Assembly: GCA_048885925.1 (NCBI GenBank)
Contig: JBHLLG010000003.1
Span: 32,001-96,000 of the forward strand
Source: Candidatus Hermodarchaeota archaeon
GTDB lineage: Archaea > Asgardarchaeota > Lokiarchaeia > Sigyniarchaeales > SOKP01
Length of the DNA: 64,000 nucleotides
Reading direction: 5' to 3'
The notes under the pieces were generated by a model. That model saw only the letters and a program-made list of their open reading frames with translations. It did no database searches and was not told the origin of the DNA. Each line of letters opens with the position of its first letter. Position 1 is the stretch's first letter. Positions 49,314 to 58,901 of this stretch are shown piece by piece. A program made the position numbers and the translations under genes.

Positions 49314-50000
49314 ATGTCAGATGAAAAAAAGACTTTAAATGTTATTGATGAAACTATTCAAGCAGCAGAGTCAAGTTTTAAAGAATTCATTGATGTATTA
49401 GAAACATCCAGAACTGCATTATTAAAACTTGAAAATGATAAAATAGAGCTAAGTAATGTTAAAGAACAACTTGAAACAGAAAAAATACAACTAGAAGAGG
49501 AAAAAAATAAGCTGGAAAACGTAAAACGACAATTAGAGGCTGATAAGAAAAAATTAGAAGAAGAAACTAGAAAACTTGAAATTGAAAAACAAGAACGAGA
49601 CCAAAAGATAGGTTCTTTGACAGAAGAACAAATGAAACTATTAGATGAATATAGAAAAGTAAAAGTGGAATTAGAGAAATTTATGAAAGCTGCTGAGGAA
49701 GCTGAAGAAGCAGAATATAATTTTGAGAGAGTTCGTGCTCTATTATCGATTTATACAGTCTTAGTTTCTGAGATTTGGCAAGGCCAACCTCATTATAGAA
49801 TTCTCATGACTCTTCATGGTGAAACTGACGAAATGTCAAGAGATCAAATAAAGAATACAACTGGAATAGGTGGTGCATTTGTCTTACATTCAGTACAAGA
49901 ATTAGCGAAAGTTGGGCTTGTAGACTATGATATGGATACGGGTATGGTGAAATTGAAAAAACGTCTATTTCCTAAAAAAGCATTAGAAGAAAAGAAATAA
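49314..50000 (+). CDS. Coiled-coil protein with heptad repeats and a probable C-terminal winged helix
   Basis: KEQLETE/KIQLEEE/KNKLENV/KRQLEAD/KKKLEEE/TRKLEIE heptads, then 'MSRDQIKNTTGIG...V...VQELAKVGLV.YD'. Confidence 0.75.
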   Translation: MSDEKKTLNVIDETIQAAESSFKEFIDVLETSRTALLKLENDKIELSNVKEQLETEKIQLEEEKNKLENVKRQLEADKKKLEEETRKLEIEKQERDQKIGSLTEEQMKLLDEYRKVKVELEKFMKAAEEAEEAEYNFERVRALLSIYTVLVSEIWQGQPHYRILMTLHGETDEMSRDQIKNTTGIGGAFVLHSVQELAKVGLVDYDMDTGMVKLKKRLFPKKALEEKK

Positions 50001-50012
50001 ATCTTTTAATTA

Positions 50013-50996
50013 TTATTTTTTTGGTTTTAGAACTTCAGGATCTTTAATTTCTAAACCAGCGTTTATACCTAAATCATCAATGATCAAAATCTCTTTCCTT
50101 TTATCAAATAGTTTTAATCTAATTTTTGAGTTAATACTTTCAGCAATATGACCTGACATAACTCCAACTTTTGGAGCTTTTAAAAGACCAGAACCAATCC
50201 CTTTTTTAGCCACCTGAAAATCAAGAGTATATTTTTTATCCTCAACAATAACATGAAGAATATCAGGTAAAATATCTAAAGATTTAATTTTTGCACTAGT
50301 ATAGGTTGCAAATTTATAGAAATCTCCTTCATACCAAAGTGCACTTAAAAATCCATTAAATTTCATTCCTAAGAAAGGAATTTTTGCAATTGAGAACATA
50401 AATGAGAGATTAGGATTCGAAAAATGATTTGATTGTGTCCAAACCCATGCACTTGGAAAGGATTTACCCCAATCTTTTTCAATATATCCTTTTCCATTAT
50501 CAAAATTGATAAATTCTCCGTCAATTGTGAGAGTACCTCGAATTTCATGATTCATACTCACCATTCCATGGTAAGTTTCCATAAATGGCACATAAGAAAA
50601 CCAACCCATCACCCCCGGCTGTAAGAATTTTTTAGGCCAAAGAATTGGATTTATATATTCAAGATCTCCTTTAATTTTATGGTTTTGTTGATCTATATCA
50701 ATATGTATTCGCTCTAAGGAAAAATAATTTTTCCCAATTTGAATTTTATATTTCTTATTTGAGAGATTTTCGAAATCTTCTAAACGATATTTAAAGTATT
50801 CAACAGATGCGTTAATTCCATCCAAATATTGTATAAATGCATGCGAAGTTTTTTCCTTTTTATTCAATGCTATAGTTGGAATAATAGCATATATATGATT
50901 TGCCGATGAATCTACAATTTTATTATACCAACCTTCGAAATAAAATTTCTTTTTTAAACTACCCTGAAATACATTAGGTCTACTTCTTTTTCCCAT
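50013..50996 (-). CDS. Tocopherol cyclase-like (AttH/CrtC fold) protein
   Basis: 'YFEGWY.K', 'MGWFSYVPFME.YH...SM.H', 'GYIEKDWG.SFPS.W.W.QSNHF'. Confidence 0.85.
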   Translation of the reverse strand: MGKRSRPNVFQGSLKKKFYFEGWYNKIVDSSANHIYAIIPTIALNKKEKTSHAFIQYLDGINASVEYFKYRLEDFENLSNKKYKIQIGKNYFSLERIHIDIDQQNHKIKGDLEYINPILWPKKFLQPGVMGWFSYVPFMETYHGMVSMNHEIRGTLTIDGEFINFDNGKGYIEKDWGKSFPSAWVWTQSNHFSNPNLSFMFSIAKIPFLGMKFNGFLSALWYEGDFYKFATYTSAKIKSLDILPDILHVIVEDKKYTLDFQVAKKGIGSGLLKAPKVGVMSGHIAESINSKIRLKLFDKRKEILIIDDLGINAGLEIKDPEVLKPKK

Positions 50997-51061
50997 AATA
51001 TCCCTAAATAATTATTCAATTCCAATTTATTTATTGTTTATCGCTAAAATAATAAAAATAA

Positions 51062-51475
51062 TTAAGTTTCTTCTGTTAAAAATTTAAACATTTTCAATAA
51101 AAGGAGTAATTTCCTTATCCCTCGCATTTTTATTTTTCTTTTAAGCCACATTTTAGCAACTCCAAGCATTGACAATCGACTCATAGCGATCGCAAGGAAA
51201 GTTTGTGTATCCATCTCTAAAAATGCGTGCCACCCTACTTTTTTCTTATTTAAGTTTGTTTTAGGTTTATTAGGAATACTCTTAACTTTCACAGATCCAT
51301 GATCAATTACTATTAATGCAGCGTATTTTAAATTAGAAGCATTCAAGAGAATTTTAGCATCAATATTTTTAAATTTATCTTGAAATGCCTTATTTTCATT
51401 TAAAGGAAGGAGAATACTATTAATTAAAGCAGCAAAACCCCTTATTTTGTTCTCATCTTTGTTTGTATCTATCAT
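51062..51475 (-). CDS. SCP2 sterol/lipid-carrier-like protein
   Basis: 'LEMDTQTFLAIA..RLS....A..WLKRKIKMRG..KLLLL' matches the SCP2 C-terminal pattern. Confidence 0.65.
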   Translation of the reverse strand: MIDTNKDENKIRGFAALINSILLPLNENKAFQDKFKNIDAKILLNASNLKYAALIVIDHGSVKVKSIPNKPKTNLNKKKVGWHAFLEMDTQTFLAIAMSRLSMLGVAKMWLKRKIKMRGIRKLLLLLKMFKFLTEET

Positions 51476-51484
51476 GACAATAAT

Positions 51485-53068
51485 TCATATATCTTGTTTT
51501 AATCTATTATTTGGTGAAATATAAAATCCGGAATCAGAAATATCATTTGGATCAAATGCTTCTTTTATCTTTCTTAACCAGATATGATAATTCGACATAT
51601 GAGGTCCAAAGAGATCATGCAAACGATTTCCTTCTACAAAAAATGGAGCACCAAGATGTTTAAGTAAGTCTAATTGAAAACTTTTCCCTATATAGTCAGC
51701 CATTCCAGTGATGCTGTTTTTATCTGTTTGATCGAAAAAAGTTAGGGCTTCTAAATGAAAATAATGTCCTGATTCATAGGAACTCATCCATGCACCTTCT
51801 CCAAAATCATTGACAATTACACCTTTTTTAATATATTTTTTTTTTAATGGAATATTCACTGACGCACTGCGAAGGCATACTAATGCTGTATCGGCTCCTC
51901 CTTCTGCTGACTGCATACTTCCAGTTGCTAAAAAACCATGTAATCCTAAGTTAGATCGAAGTGCTTCGGCATAAAAAATTGGATTTGGAATATATAAAGT
52001 CCCTATTATATTTTTTAAATTTAATTTCTTCAATAAGAAATCCATTACTTTTTGTTTGTAATCAAATTCTCGCTTGGTTCTAGCAGCTATTAATACAACT
52101 AAAGGAGCTTGCATCCTTCCTAATGCTACTTTATCCAATAAACTTTCCGTTGAATTAGAAAATATAGCCATCACAGCATAATTACATAAATAACTACACA
52201 TAAATGAGATTTCTTCCTCTTCTACTCTCAAGATAGCAGATTCAAGTTTTTTAAAATTTCCACAATCCATTATATATAATTTCATGAATTTGGGAATAAT
52301 AAAATCATAATTAGGAGAAAATCCTTTAATATTATAATCACTACTACAAGGAAAAGGAAATAATTTTACAGCAACTTTTGTAAAAACACCTAGACCTGAT
52401 TTTGTACCTGAATAACCTCTCATTATTCCTCTTAGACTAGGACCTGGGCCATCTCCGTGATACCAATCAGGAGTGTTCTTTAATCCGTAAGATCCTAATT
52501 TCATTATTTCTCCATCAGGTAATACCCATTCAACACCTAGTACATTCCTAGCACTATAACCTGTAGAAGGAGACGTAAAGCCAGGACCATTCATTGATGT
52601 AGAGCTAGCAAGAGGAGAAACTTGAGGACCAGCACCAGGCATATGGCAATTGAGTCCATATTTCATAACTTCAACTTGTAATTGAGCTCCACTCACATAT
52701 GGTTCAATTACAGCATAAAGATTTTTTTCATCAATTTTTACGATTTTATTCATTCTACGCATATCAAAAATAATGCAGTTATCAGTAGATGGTTGATTCC
52801 ATGGTCCAAGACCAGTGGACTGAGCTTTAAATTGGAGTCCATATTTGTTACATAATTTTATAAGTTTTTGAACTTCTTCTGTTGTTGATGGTAATACAAC
52901 TGCTCTAGGAACGGGAGAAAAAGGAATTGGTTCTTTACCTTCCATATAGTTAAAAATTTCTGTACACCAATTGTAAGCATAGACATTTGTAATTACATCA
53001 CCATCATCTATATTTCCTACGCCAACTACTTTTTCAAATTCTCTAAAAATGTTTTTTTCCAAGGTCAT
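51485..53068 (-). CDS. FAD-binding oxidoreductase, VAO/PCMH (GlcD/AGPS-like) family
   Basis: 'PRAVVLPSTTEEVQ', 'DMRRMNKI', 'IEPYV', 'VLGVEWVLPDG', 'KIKEAFDPN'. Confidence 0.85.
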   Translation of the reverse strand: MTLEKNIFREFEKVVGVGNIDDGDVITNVYAYNWCTEIFNYMEGKEPIPFSPVPRAVVLPSTTEEVQKLIKLCNKYGLQFKAQSTGLGPWNQPSTDNCIIFDMRRMNKIVKIDEKNLYAVIEPYVSGAQLQVEVMKYGLNCHMPGAGPQVSPLASSTSMNGPGFTSPSTGYSARNVLGVEWVLPDGEIMKLGSYGLKNTPDWYHGDGPGPSLRGIMRGYSGTKSGLGVFTKVAVKLFPFPCSSDYNIKGFSPNYDFIIPKFMKLYIMDCGNFKKLESAILRVEEEEISFMCSYLCNYAVMAIFSNSTESLLDKVALGRMQAPLVVLIAARTKREFDYKQKVMDFLLKKLNLKNIIGTLYIPNPIFYAEALRSNLGLHGFLATGSMQSAEGGADTALVCLRSASVNIPLKKKYIKKGVIVNDFGEGAWMSSYESGHYFHLEALTFFDQTDKNSITGMADYIGKSFQLDLLKHLGAPFFVEGNRLHDLFGPHMSNYHIWLRKIKEAFDPNDISDSGFYISPNNRLKQDI

Positions 53069-54373
53069 TTAAGTTACCTCCACAGACGATTTTTTACCGA
53101 ATTTATTTTGTGAATCGAGCGTTAATAAAATTAACTCACTTATATCATAGAATCTCAAATTAGAACCTTTATCGTCAATTCCATCTTTTAAATTAGTAGA
53201 ACAAAAAGGACATGCAGAGGAGATTATTTCTGCTCCTGTATCTTCAGCTTCCTCGATCCTAGATTTAGCAGTTTTGAGAGCAAATTCTGGAAATGCGGAT
53301 TTCACACCACCTCCCGCGCCACAACAATATGCATATTCTTTAATCCTTTCCATCTCAATAAAATTAAGTCCTGGTATTTTTTCAAGTAATTTTCTTGGAG
53401 CTTCATAGATTCCATATGTACCACATCTCTTTGGTCTTTCAGGTATATTAATTGATACAAGTGGCATCATTTGTAGTTCATCACCATCCCAATCTTCATA
53501 AAGTTCAGAATTACGCCCCAAATGGCAAGGATCGTGGTAGGTTACATTATAGGGGACTTCTCTAGTCAATTCTAATTTTGAATCCTCAATTAACTCATTA
53601 AACAATTGTGTTGTGTGAAGAACCTTAAAATTATAATCTTTTTCTAAGACATAGTCAACTTTAAATGTATCATAACATCCAGCACAGCTAAAAACAACAG
53701 TTTCAATACCCTCTTTTTCAATAATATCAATATTTTTATGTACCTGATCCAAAAATGATTTTGTATCTCCGGTTCTTAGGATGGGACTTCCACAACAAAA
53801 TTCATTCTCAGTAAGAATTCTAAACGAGTAGTTTGCTGCATTCATTATACGAGCAGTAGAAATTGCTATTTCTTTTCTCCTGTAAGATGAGGTGCATCCA
53901 ACAAAATATAAAACCTTTGCATTAGGATCTATCTTGATATCATGAGGTAGCCAATCCATCCTCTTTTCATGAGCTTCATTATATGGATTATTCATATTTT
54001 TTATGGATTGAATATAGCGTTGTTGCTCTGACATTGGTCCATATCCTAAAGAAACCAGTTTTTCTCTGAGTTTTACAATGATTTCAAGTGGCTCTAGAGT
54101 ATTTAAAAATTTACAAGCAATAGCACATCCTCCACATTCAGTACATTTGTATACGATTTCAGTTAATTCTTCAGATGGTTTCAATCTTCCCATTTCTAGT
54201 GCTAAGGCTATTATTATTCGACCACCTCCACTATATGCATGAAAGTTATAAATATCTATTGAAGGACAAATTGTAGCATATTTTTGACTTTTTATTTGTA
54301 ACTGTGGTATCCATTTACATATGGAGCATCGGAGACAGCTTTGAATCATTTGTTTATATTCTTGATCATTCAA
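53069..54373 (-). CDS. Fe-S oxidoreductase with CCG domains (GlcF/HdrD-like)
   Basis: 'CLRCSIC', 'CTECGGCAIAC', 'YFVGC', 'CCGSP', 'YHDPCHLGR', 'CCGAGGG', 'ACPFC'; TTG start. Confidence 0.88.
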   Translation of the reverse strand: MNDQEYKQMIQSCLRCSICKWIPQLQIKSQKYATICPSIDIYNFHAYSGGGRIIIALALEMGRLKPSEELTEIVYKCTECGGCAIACKFLNTLEPLEIIVKLREKLVSLGYGPMSEQQRYIQSIKNMNNPYNEAHEKRMDWLPHDIKIDPNAKVLYFVGCTSSYRRKEIAISTARIMNAANYSFRILTENEFCCGSPILRTGDTKSFLDQVHKNIDIIEKEGIETVVFSCAGCYDTFKVDYVLEKDYNFKVLHTTQLFNELIEDSKLELTREVPYNVTYHDPCHLGRNSELYEDWDGDELQMMPLVSINIPERPKRCGTYGIYEAPRKLLEKIPGLNFIEMERIKEYAYCCGAGGGVKSAFPEFALKTAKSRIEEAEDTGAEIISSACPFCSTNLKDGIDDKGSNLRFYDISELILLTLDSQNKFGKKSSVEVT

Positions 54374-54537
54374 TAATCTGATAAATCCCCTTTTTATTTG
54401 ATTTAAAGAAATTGATCTTGACAGTGAAATAAATTAATTTTTAATCAAATAAAACGATAACTATTAAGAAATCTCTGGTTATTCGTTAAATTCTAAATAA
54501 TTTTCTAAAAACAAGAATTTAAGTGAACTGTAAAAAT

Positions 54538-55422
54538 TCACTTAATTTGTGAGAGTTTTTCCCAATATTCCTTTATATTCCATTCTTTTTTCGTTTTAAT
54601 TTTAAAAGCGATTTTTGTAAGAATATCTCTAATTCTTTTAGAATTTAGATAATGGAAATTTGGTGTTATTGCACATAACATAAAAGTTCCTCTTCCACTT
54701 TGAGCTACTACTTCTGTATTGTCATCTATTTTATCTATTAAAGCATAAGCATCTATTAAATCTTTTACAACTCTCATAGTAAATTGATTCTTATTAAAAA
54801 TTTTTTCAAATTCATAAACCTTTATGAGAATGGAATATAATTGAGTTGTAAGTTCTTTAAGATTAAGTGAAGGAATTAAATTTTTAGGGAAATAATTCGA
54901 TATTACAGGTCCAGAAGTTTCATTCCAAATCATATAAAAGATGTAGTTGAAATCAACTTTACTAAGCTTTTTAAGAGAGGGTTCTTCAAACTTTAAGATA
55001 TCCTTAAGTTTTTCTTCAAAAATTTGTGCTTTTTCTCTAATTTCTCTACTTTCGTTAATTTTTTCTTCAATTTTTTCTAATAGTTCTTTTGGACTAAAAG
55101 GTTTTGTAATGTAATCATCAACACCAAGCATTTTACCAAATCTTACATCATCAGGTTCTGTTTTTCCCGATAAAAAAAAGAATGGAATTCTTGACCACTC
55201 TGAATTTTCCGAAACCTTCATATAAAAATCATACCCATCCATTTCTGGCATTAAAATATCACTGATTATAATATCGGGGGGATATTGGAGATTTGAGAGA
55301 ACATCTAGAGCTTCTTTTCCATTTAAAGCGGATATTAAATTATGGTTATTCATTTCTAAGAATACTTTGAAATTTTCAACTAAAACTACATCATCTTCAA
55401 CCAAAAAAACATGAAGTTTCAT
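54538..55422 (-). CDS. Response regulator: receiver domain fused to a putative longin/uDENN (NPR2-like) domain
   Basis: 'VEDD', 'SDILMPEMDG', 'FLSGK', 'DDYITKPF'; C-terminal 'IFYMIWNETSGPVISNYFP'. Confidence 0.8.
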   Translation of the reverse strand: MKLHVFLVEDDVVLVENFKVFLEMNNHNLISALNGKEALDVLSNLQYPPDIIISDILMPEMDGYDFYMKVSENSEWSRIPFFFLSGKTEPDDVRFGKMLGVDDYITKPFSPKELLEKIEEKINESREIREKAQIFEEKLKDILKFEEPSLKKLSKVDFNYIFYMIWNETSGPVISNYFPKNLIPSLNLKELTTQLYSILIKVYEFEKIFNKNQFTMRVVKDLIDAYALIDKIDDNTEVVAQSGRGTFMLCAITPNFHYLNSKRIRDILTKIAFKIKTKKEWNIKEYWEKLSQIK

Positions 55423-55590
55423 GATTAATATTTAAAATGCTTGGGAAAGTTATATTAATTCTCACTTATAATAAAAAAAGAAATATTTAACGTTTATGAA
55501 AACGAAATAATGGTTAATTTCATTTAAAAAATCTTATGATAAAAAATATGTAATTTAAATTCAGTAATTTATAAAATAAATTTTAATCAT

Positions 55591-57054
55591 TTAACCATCA
55601 AAGCACAATACACCTGGATTTAAAATATTATTTGGATCAAAAATTCTTTTCACTTTTTTTAAAGCTAGTTGGGTTGAATCTGCGTGTCTTTTATATACTT
55701 CTTTAGCCCAAAGCCCATAAGGTCGATTAAAGAAGGCACCTAAATCCATTAAATTAATACTAGTATTCATAAACTTTTCTTTTACATTTAGATTGTGTTC
55801 TTTATCATTTGGATCATAATAAATATCAAATTCACAATGATATGACGTTCCTTGATTTATTGGTTGAATATATACACCTAAATTATTTGAGATTTGTTGT
55901 TCTACAAATAAAATAAATTCTGGAATTCTTTCATAATTTGATATGAAAAAAATATCTTGATATCCTCCATACAATCTTAATCTCCAGCAATTATAATCAG
56001 GTTGAGTCAAAAATCTTAAGATGTCATTATCATTGATATTAAATTTATTCTTTGGCAGTTCAATATTTTTTTCTTTTAGAATATCTTGAATATCTCCTTC
56101 GAGATATGAGATTTTATCTCCTGCTAGTTCACCTTTTCCAGAAATGACAAATATTAAATTCCATTTATCTAATTTTTTAGCTAATTCTAAAATCTCATTT
56201 GGTATTTCTTTAACCAAACAAGCTAAATTAAGATTATTTAGGAGTATTAACTCGTCACATAAACGATACTTTAAAAGTTCATGTTGAAAATCTAACAGTT
56301 CAATGATATTTTCTGATTGAATATGATAGACTTTTTGAATAGAAGGTAATAATTCTAATTTAATTGTTGCCCAAGTAACAATTCCAATGCTTCCTTGAGC
56401 TCCTTGAATTACTCTAAATGGACTGAATTGAGTTGGGCCCATAGGATTTACTTGAGCTTGTCCAGATTTTTTTTGTTGTTTAATACTTCCTGGACCTGCT
56501 GCTGAGCCAGTTTTGAATTGTTCACCATTCCCAAAATACACCTCAGTACATAATAATGGATCAGAAGTATCCCACATATAACGGGGAATTGTAATAGGGT
56601 CACGTTCGAGAGCTGCCGTAAGAACAGATTTTGAAGCTCTTGGGTGTAAAGGAGTTAAAATTTTTAATCCTCTTTTTGAGAGTTGGGGTATTAATTCACC
56701 AAAAGTGACTCCCGGTTCAATCATTATGACTCTATTTTTCCTGTCTATCACAATAATTTTATCAAATTTAGAGAGATTTAGTATTATTGAATTGTCATTT
56801 CGTGAAATAGTATCTCCATGGTGTCTGGGTCCTGAAGGTGAACTAACAGGAATAATAGAAAATTTCAAAGAATTTGCCAATTTTAAAATTTTTTGAATTT
56901 GATCTCGATTTCTTGGCCAAATTACATATTTAGGTTCATTACGAGGAAAAAAGCTTAAATCTTCTGAAAATTCTTTAAGTATCTTTGGATCATTTGAAAT
57001 AGCTTTTAAACCACAAATTTTGACTAATTCTTTATAAAGTTGCGCTTCACTCAT
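55591..57054 (-). CDS. FAD-binding oxidoreductase, VAO/PCMH family
   Basis: 'PKYVIWP', 'IEPGVTF.EL', 'EVYFGNG', 'GAQGSIGIVT', 'KVKRIFDPNNILNPG'. Confidence 0.85.
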   Translation of the reverse strand: MSEAQLYKELVKICGLKAISNDPKILKEFSEDLSFFPRNEPKYVIWPRNRDQIQKILKLANSLKFSIIPVSSPSGPRHHGDTISRNDNSIILNLSKFDKIIVIDRKNRVIMIEPGVTFGELIPQLSKRGLKILTPLHPRASKSVLTAALERDPITIPRYMWDTSDPLLCTEVYFGNGEQFKTGSAAGPGSIKQQKKSGQAQVNPMGPTQFSPFRVIQGAQGSIGIVTWATIKLELLPSIQKVYHIQSENIIELLDFQHELLKYRLCDELILLNNLNLACLVKEIPNEILELAKKLDKWNLIFVISGKGELAGDKISYLEGDIQDILKEKNIELPKNKFNINDNDILRFLTQPDYNCWRLRLYGGYQDIFFISNYERIPEFILFVEQQISNNLGVYIQPINQGTSYHCEFDIYYDPNDKEHNLNVKEKFMNTSINLMDLGAFFNRPYGLWAKEVYKRHADSTQLALKKVKRIFDPNNILNPGVLCFDG

Positions 57055-57202
57055 ATTATTTAAAATTAGAAAGAAATTTCTTTGTTCTTAAAATATTTCC
57101 ATCTATTAAGATATTTTCATTTAAAAAAATAAACTTTTAAATAATTCATAAGTACTATTTTACAATTATATTTTCTAAAAGAAATTCTAAAAGGAAATTC
57201 AA

Positions 57203-58603
57203 ATGAAATATTATGATTTAATAATTGTTGGTGCAGGGCCAGGAGGATCTATTGCAGCAAAAACTGCTGCTGAAAAGGGATTAAAAACAATTTTTTTTGA
57301 ACGTGGTCGCAAACCAGGTGAAAAAAATTCTTCTGGATGTGGATTAGGACCGCGTATGTTTAGAGATTTTCCAGAAATGATGAAACAGTTGACTCCTGAA
57401 GATTGTCCGTCTATGAGAGCTGGAACTGCTGCACGTAATTATTTTGTAAACAAGGATGATGTTGTAGCGGGTTATATTATGGCACGCCCTACAGAATCTG
57501 TGTCATATGAACCAGCAAAATCATGGATTACTATGAATGTTTATAGAAGTGAATTTGATCCTTGGATTGCAGAATTTGCTACAAATGCTGGAGCTGAACT
57601 AAAAGCGTCAACTTTAATTGTAGATTTATACAAGGAAAATGGTAAAGTTCATGGAGTAATTGATGAAAAAGGAGAAAAATACGGATCACCGATTGTTATA
57701 GGTGCAGATGGAGTAATATCAACAGTAGCACAAAAATCAGGATTAAGAAATAAATGGGCTCAAAATCAAGTCACTTTAGTACCTCAATATGATTTTCAAG
57801 CAACTCCAGAAAAAATAAATGATATTATGGGTGATGAGGCATTAGCTGTTTGGTGGGGTTCAACTTTTCCATCATCATATCAGGTTTTTTTTAATGATGG
57901 TTTTCATCAAGGTTTAGGAAATTGGATGAATTGGTGGGATAAAAATCCATTATATTATCTAAATAGAGTTATAAATCTAAAATATTATCAAAGATTGTTG
58001 AAAATTCTTAATGCTAAACCTCGTGAGTTTCAATCTCACTTACTTCCATGGTTAGATTATCCTTTTAATACTCATACTGATGGAGTAATTTTAATTGGTG
58101 ATGCTGGTGGTTTTCCTTGTCCTCTTGAAGCGGAAGGAATATATCCTGCAATGGTAACAGGAAATATTGCTGCTGAAGTAGCAGTAGAAGCAATATCATC
58201 AGGGGATGTATCAAAACTTGCACTAAAAAAATTTGATGAGCAATGGCGAAAAACAAGTGTAGGAGAAGAATTTGAAGCAGGACGTGAATTATGGAATATT
58301 TGGAAAGAATTACCTTTTAATCCAAAAGAAACGATGTCTTGGTTTGTTCCTATGATTATGGAAATTCTAGGTGGAATATTCGATTGGTCTCAACCACATG
58401 CTAAAAGAGTACGTCAAATTGTAAGACATGTTAAATCATATATGCCAAAAGCAACTCCATTTATAATGGCATATGTATTTCCTTTAGTCACTAAGATTTT
58501 TGAAAAAGATTTAGATAAAATCTTAGATCCAAAAAAAATTATGAAAATAATACCCAAGCTCCTTGATATGCTTCCAGAGAAAAAGAAAAAAAGAGGTAAT
58601 TGA
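57203..58603 (+). CDS. FAD-dependent oxidoreductase, geranylgeranyl reductase/FixC family
   Basis: 'IIVGAGPGGS.AA', 'ERGRKPGEKN', 'RSEFDPW', 'GADG', 'LIGDAGG....EGI'. Confidence 0.85.
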   Translation: MKYYDLIIVGAGPGGSIAAKTAAEKGLKTIFFERGRKPGEKNSSGCGLGPRMFRDFPEMMKQLTPEDCPSMRAGTAARNYFVNKDDVVAGYIMARPTESVSYEPAKSWITMNVYRSEFDPWIAEFATNAGAELKASTLIVDLYKENGKVHGVIDEKGEKYGSPIVIGADGVISTVAQKSGLRNKWAQNQVTLVPQYDFQATPEKINDIMGDEALAVWWGSTFPSSYQVFFNDGFHQGLGNWMNWWDKNPLYYLNRVINLKYYQRLLKILNAKPREFQSHLLPWLDYPFNTHTDGVILIGDAGGFPCPLEAEGIYPAMVTGNIAAEVAVEAISSGDVSKLALKKFDEQWRKTSVGEEFEAGRELWNIWKELPFNPKETMSWFVPMIMEILGGIFDWSQPHAKRVRQIVRHVKSYMPKATPFIMAYVFPLVTKIFEKDLDKILDPKKIMKIIPKLLDMLPEKKKKRGN

Positions 58604-58607
58604 AAAA

Positions 58608-58877
58608 ATGAAGATTGAAATAGATGGTTTAAACAAAAGAATACCAGGCACAGGAGATTTCATTTCAATAGATTATAATAAATGCAATAACTGTGAACGA
58701 TGTTTGATTTTATGTGTAATGAATTTATGGAGAAAAAAAGACGGGAAAATATATTTACTTGATGAATACAAATCGAAATGTCTAGAATGTGCAGCTTGCT
58801 TTCAAGTTTGTGAAACAGGTGCTATAGAATTTAAATATCCTATTGGTGGAACTGGAATAGTTTTTGAACAAGGATAG
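58608..58877 (+). CDS. Ferredoxin-like protein (FixX type)
   Basis: 'CNNCERCLILC', 'CLECAAC..VC', C-terminal 'YPIGGTGIVFEQG'. ATG58608 follows GAGGT, 4 nt after the upstream stop. Confidence 0.85.
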   Translation: MKIEIDGLNKRIPGTGDFISIDYNKCNNCERCLILCVMNLWRKKDGKIYLLDEYKSKCLECAACFQVCETGAIEFKYPIGGTGIVFEQG

Positions 58878-58901
58878 ATTTAGCAATTTAACACTAAAAT
58901 G

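Noticed and set aside
16542-58603. Selenocysteine read-through at TGA-ending genes (16544, 41472, 42561, 51485, 54538, 58603)
   Set aside because: Each TGA falls at the expected end of a complete protein, and no split redox motif or SECIS was recognised.
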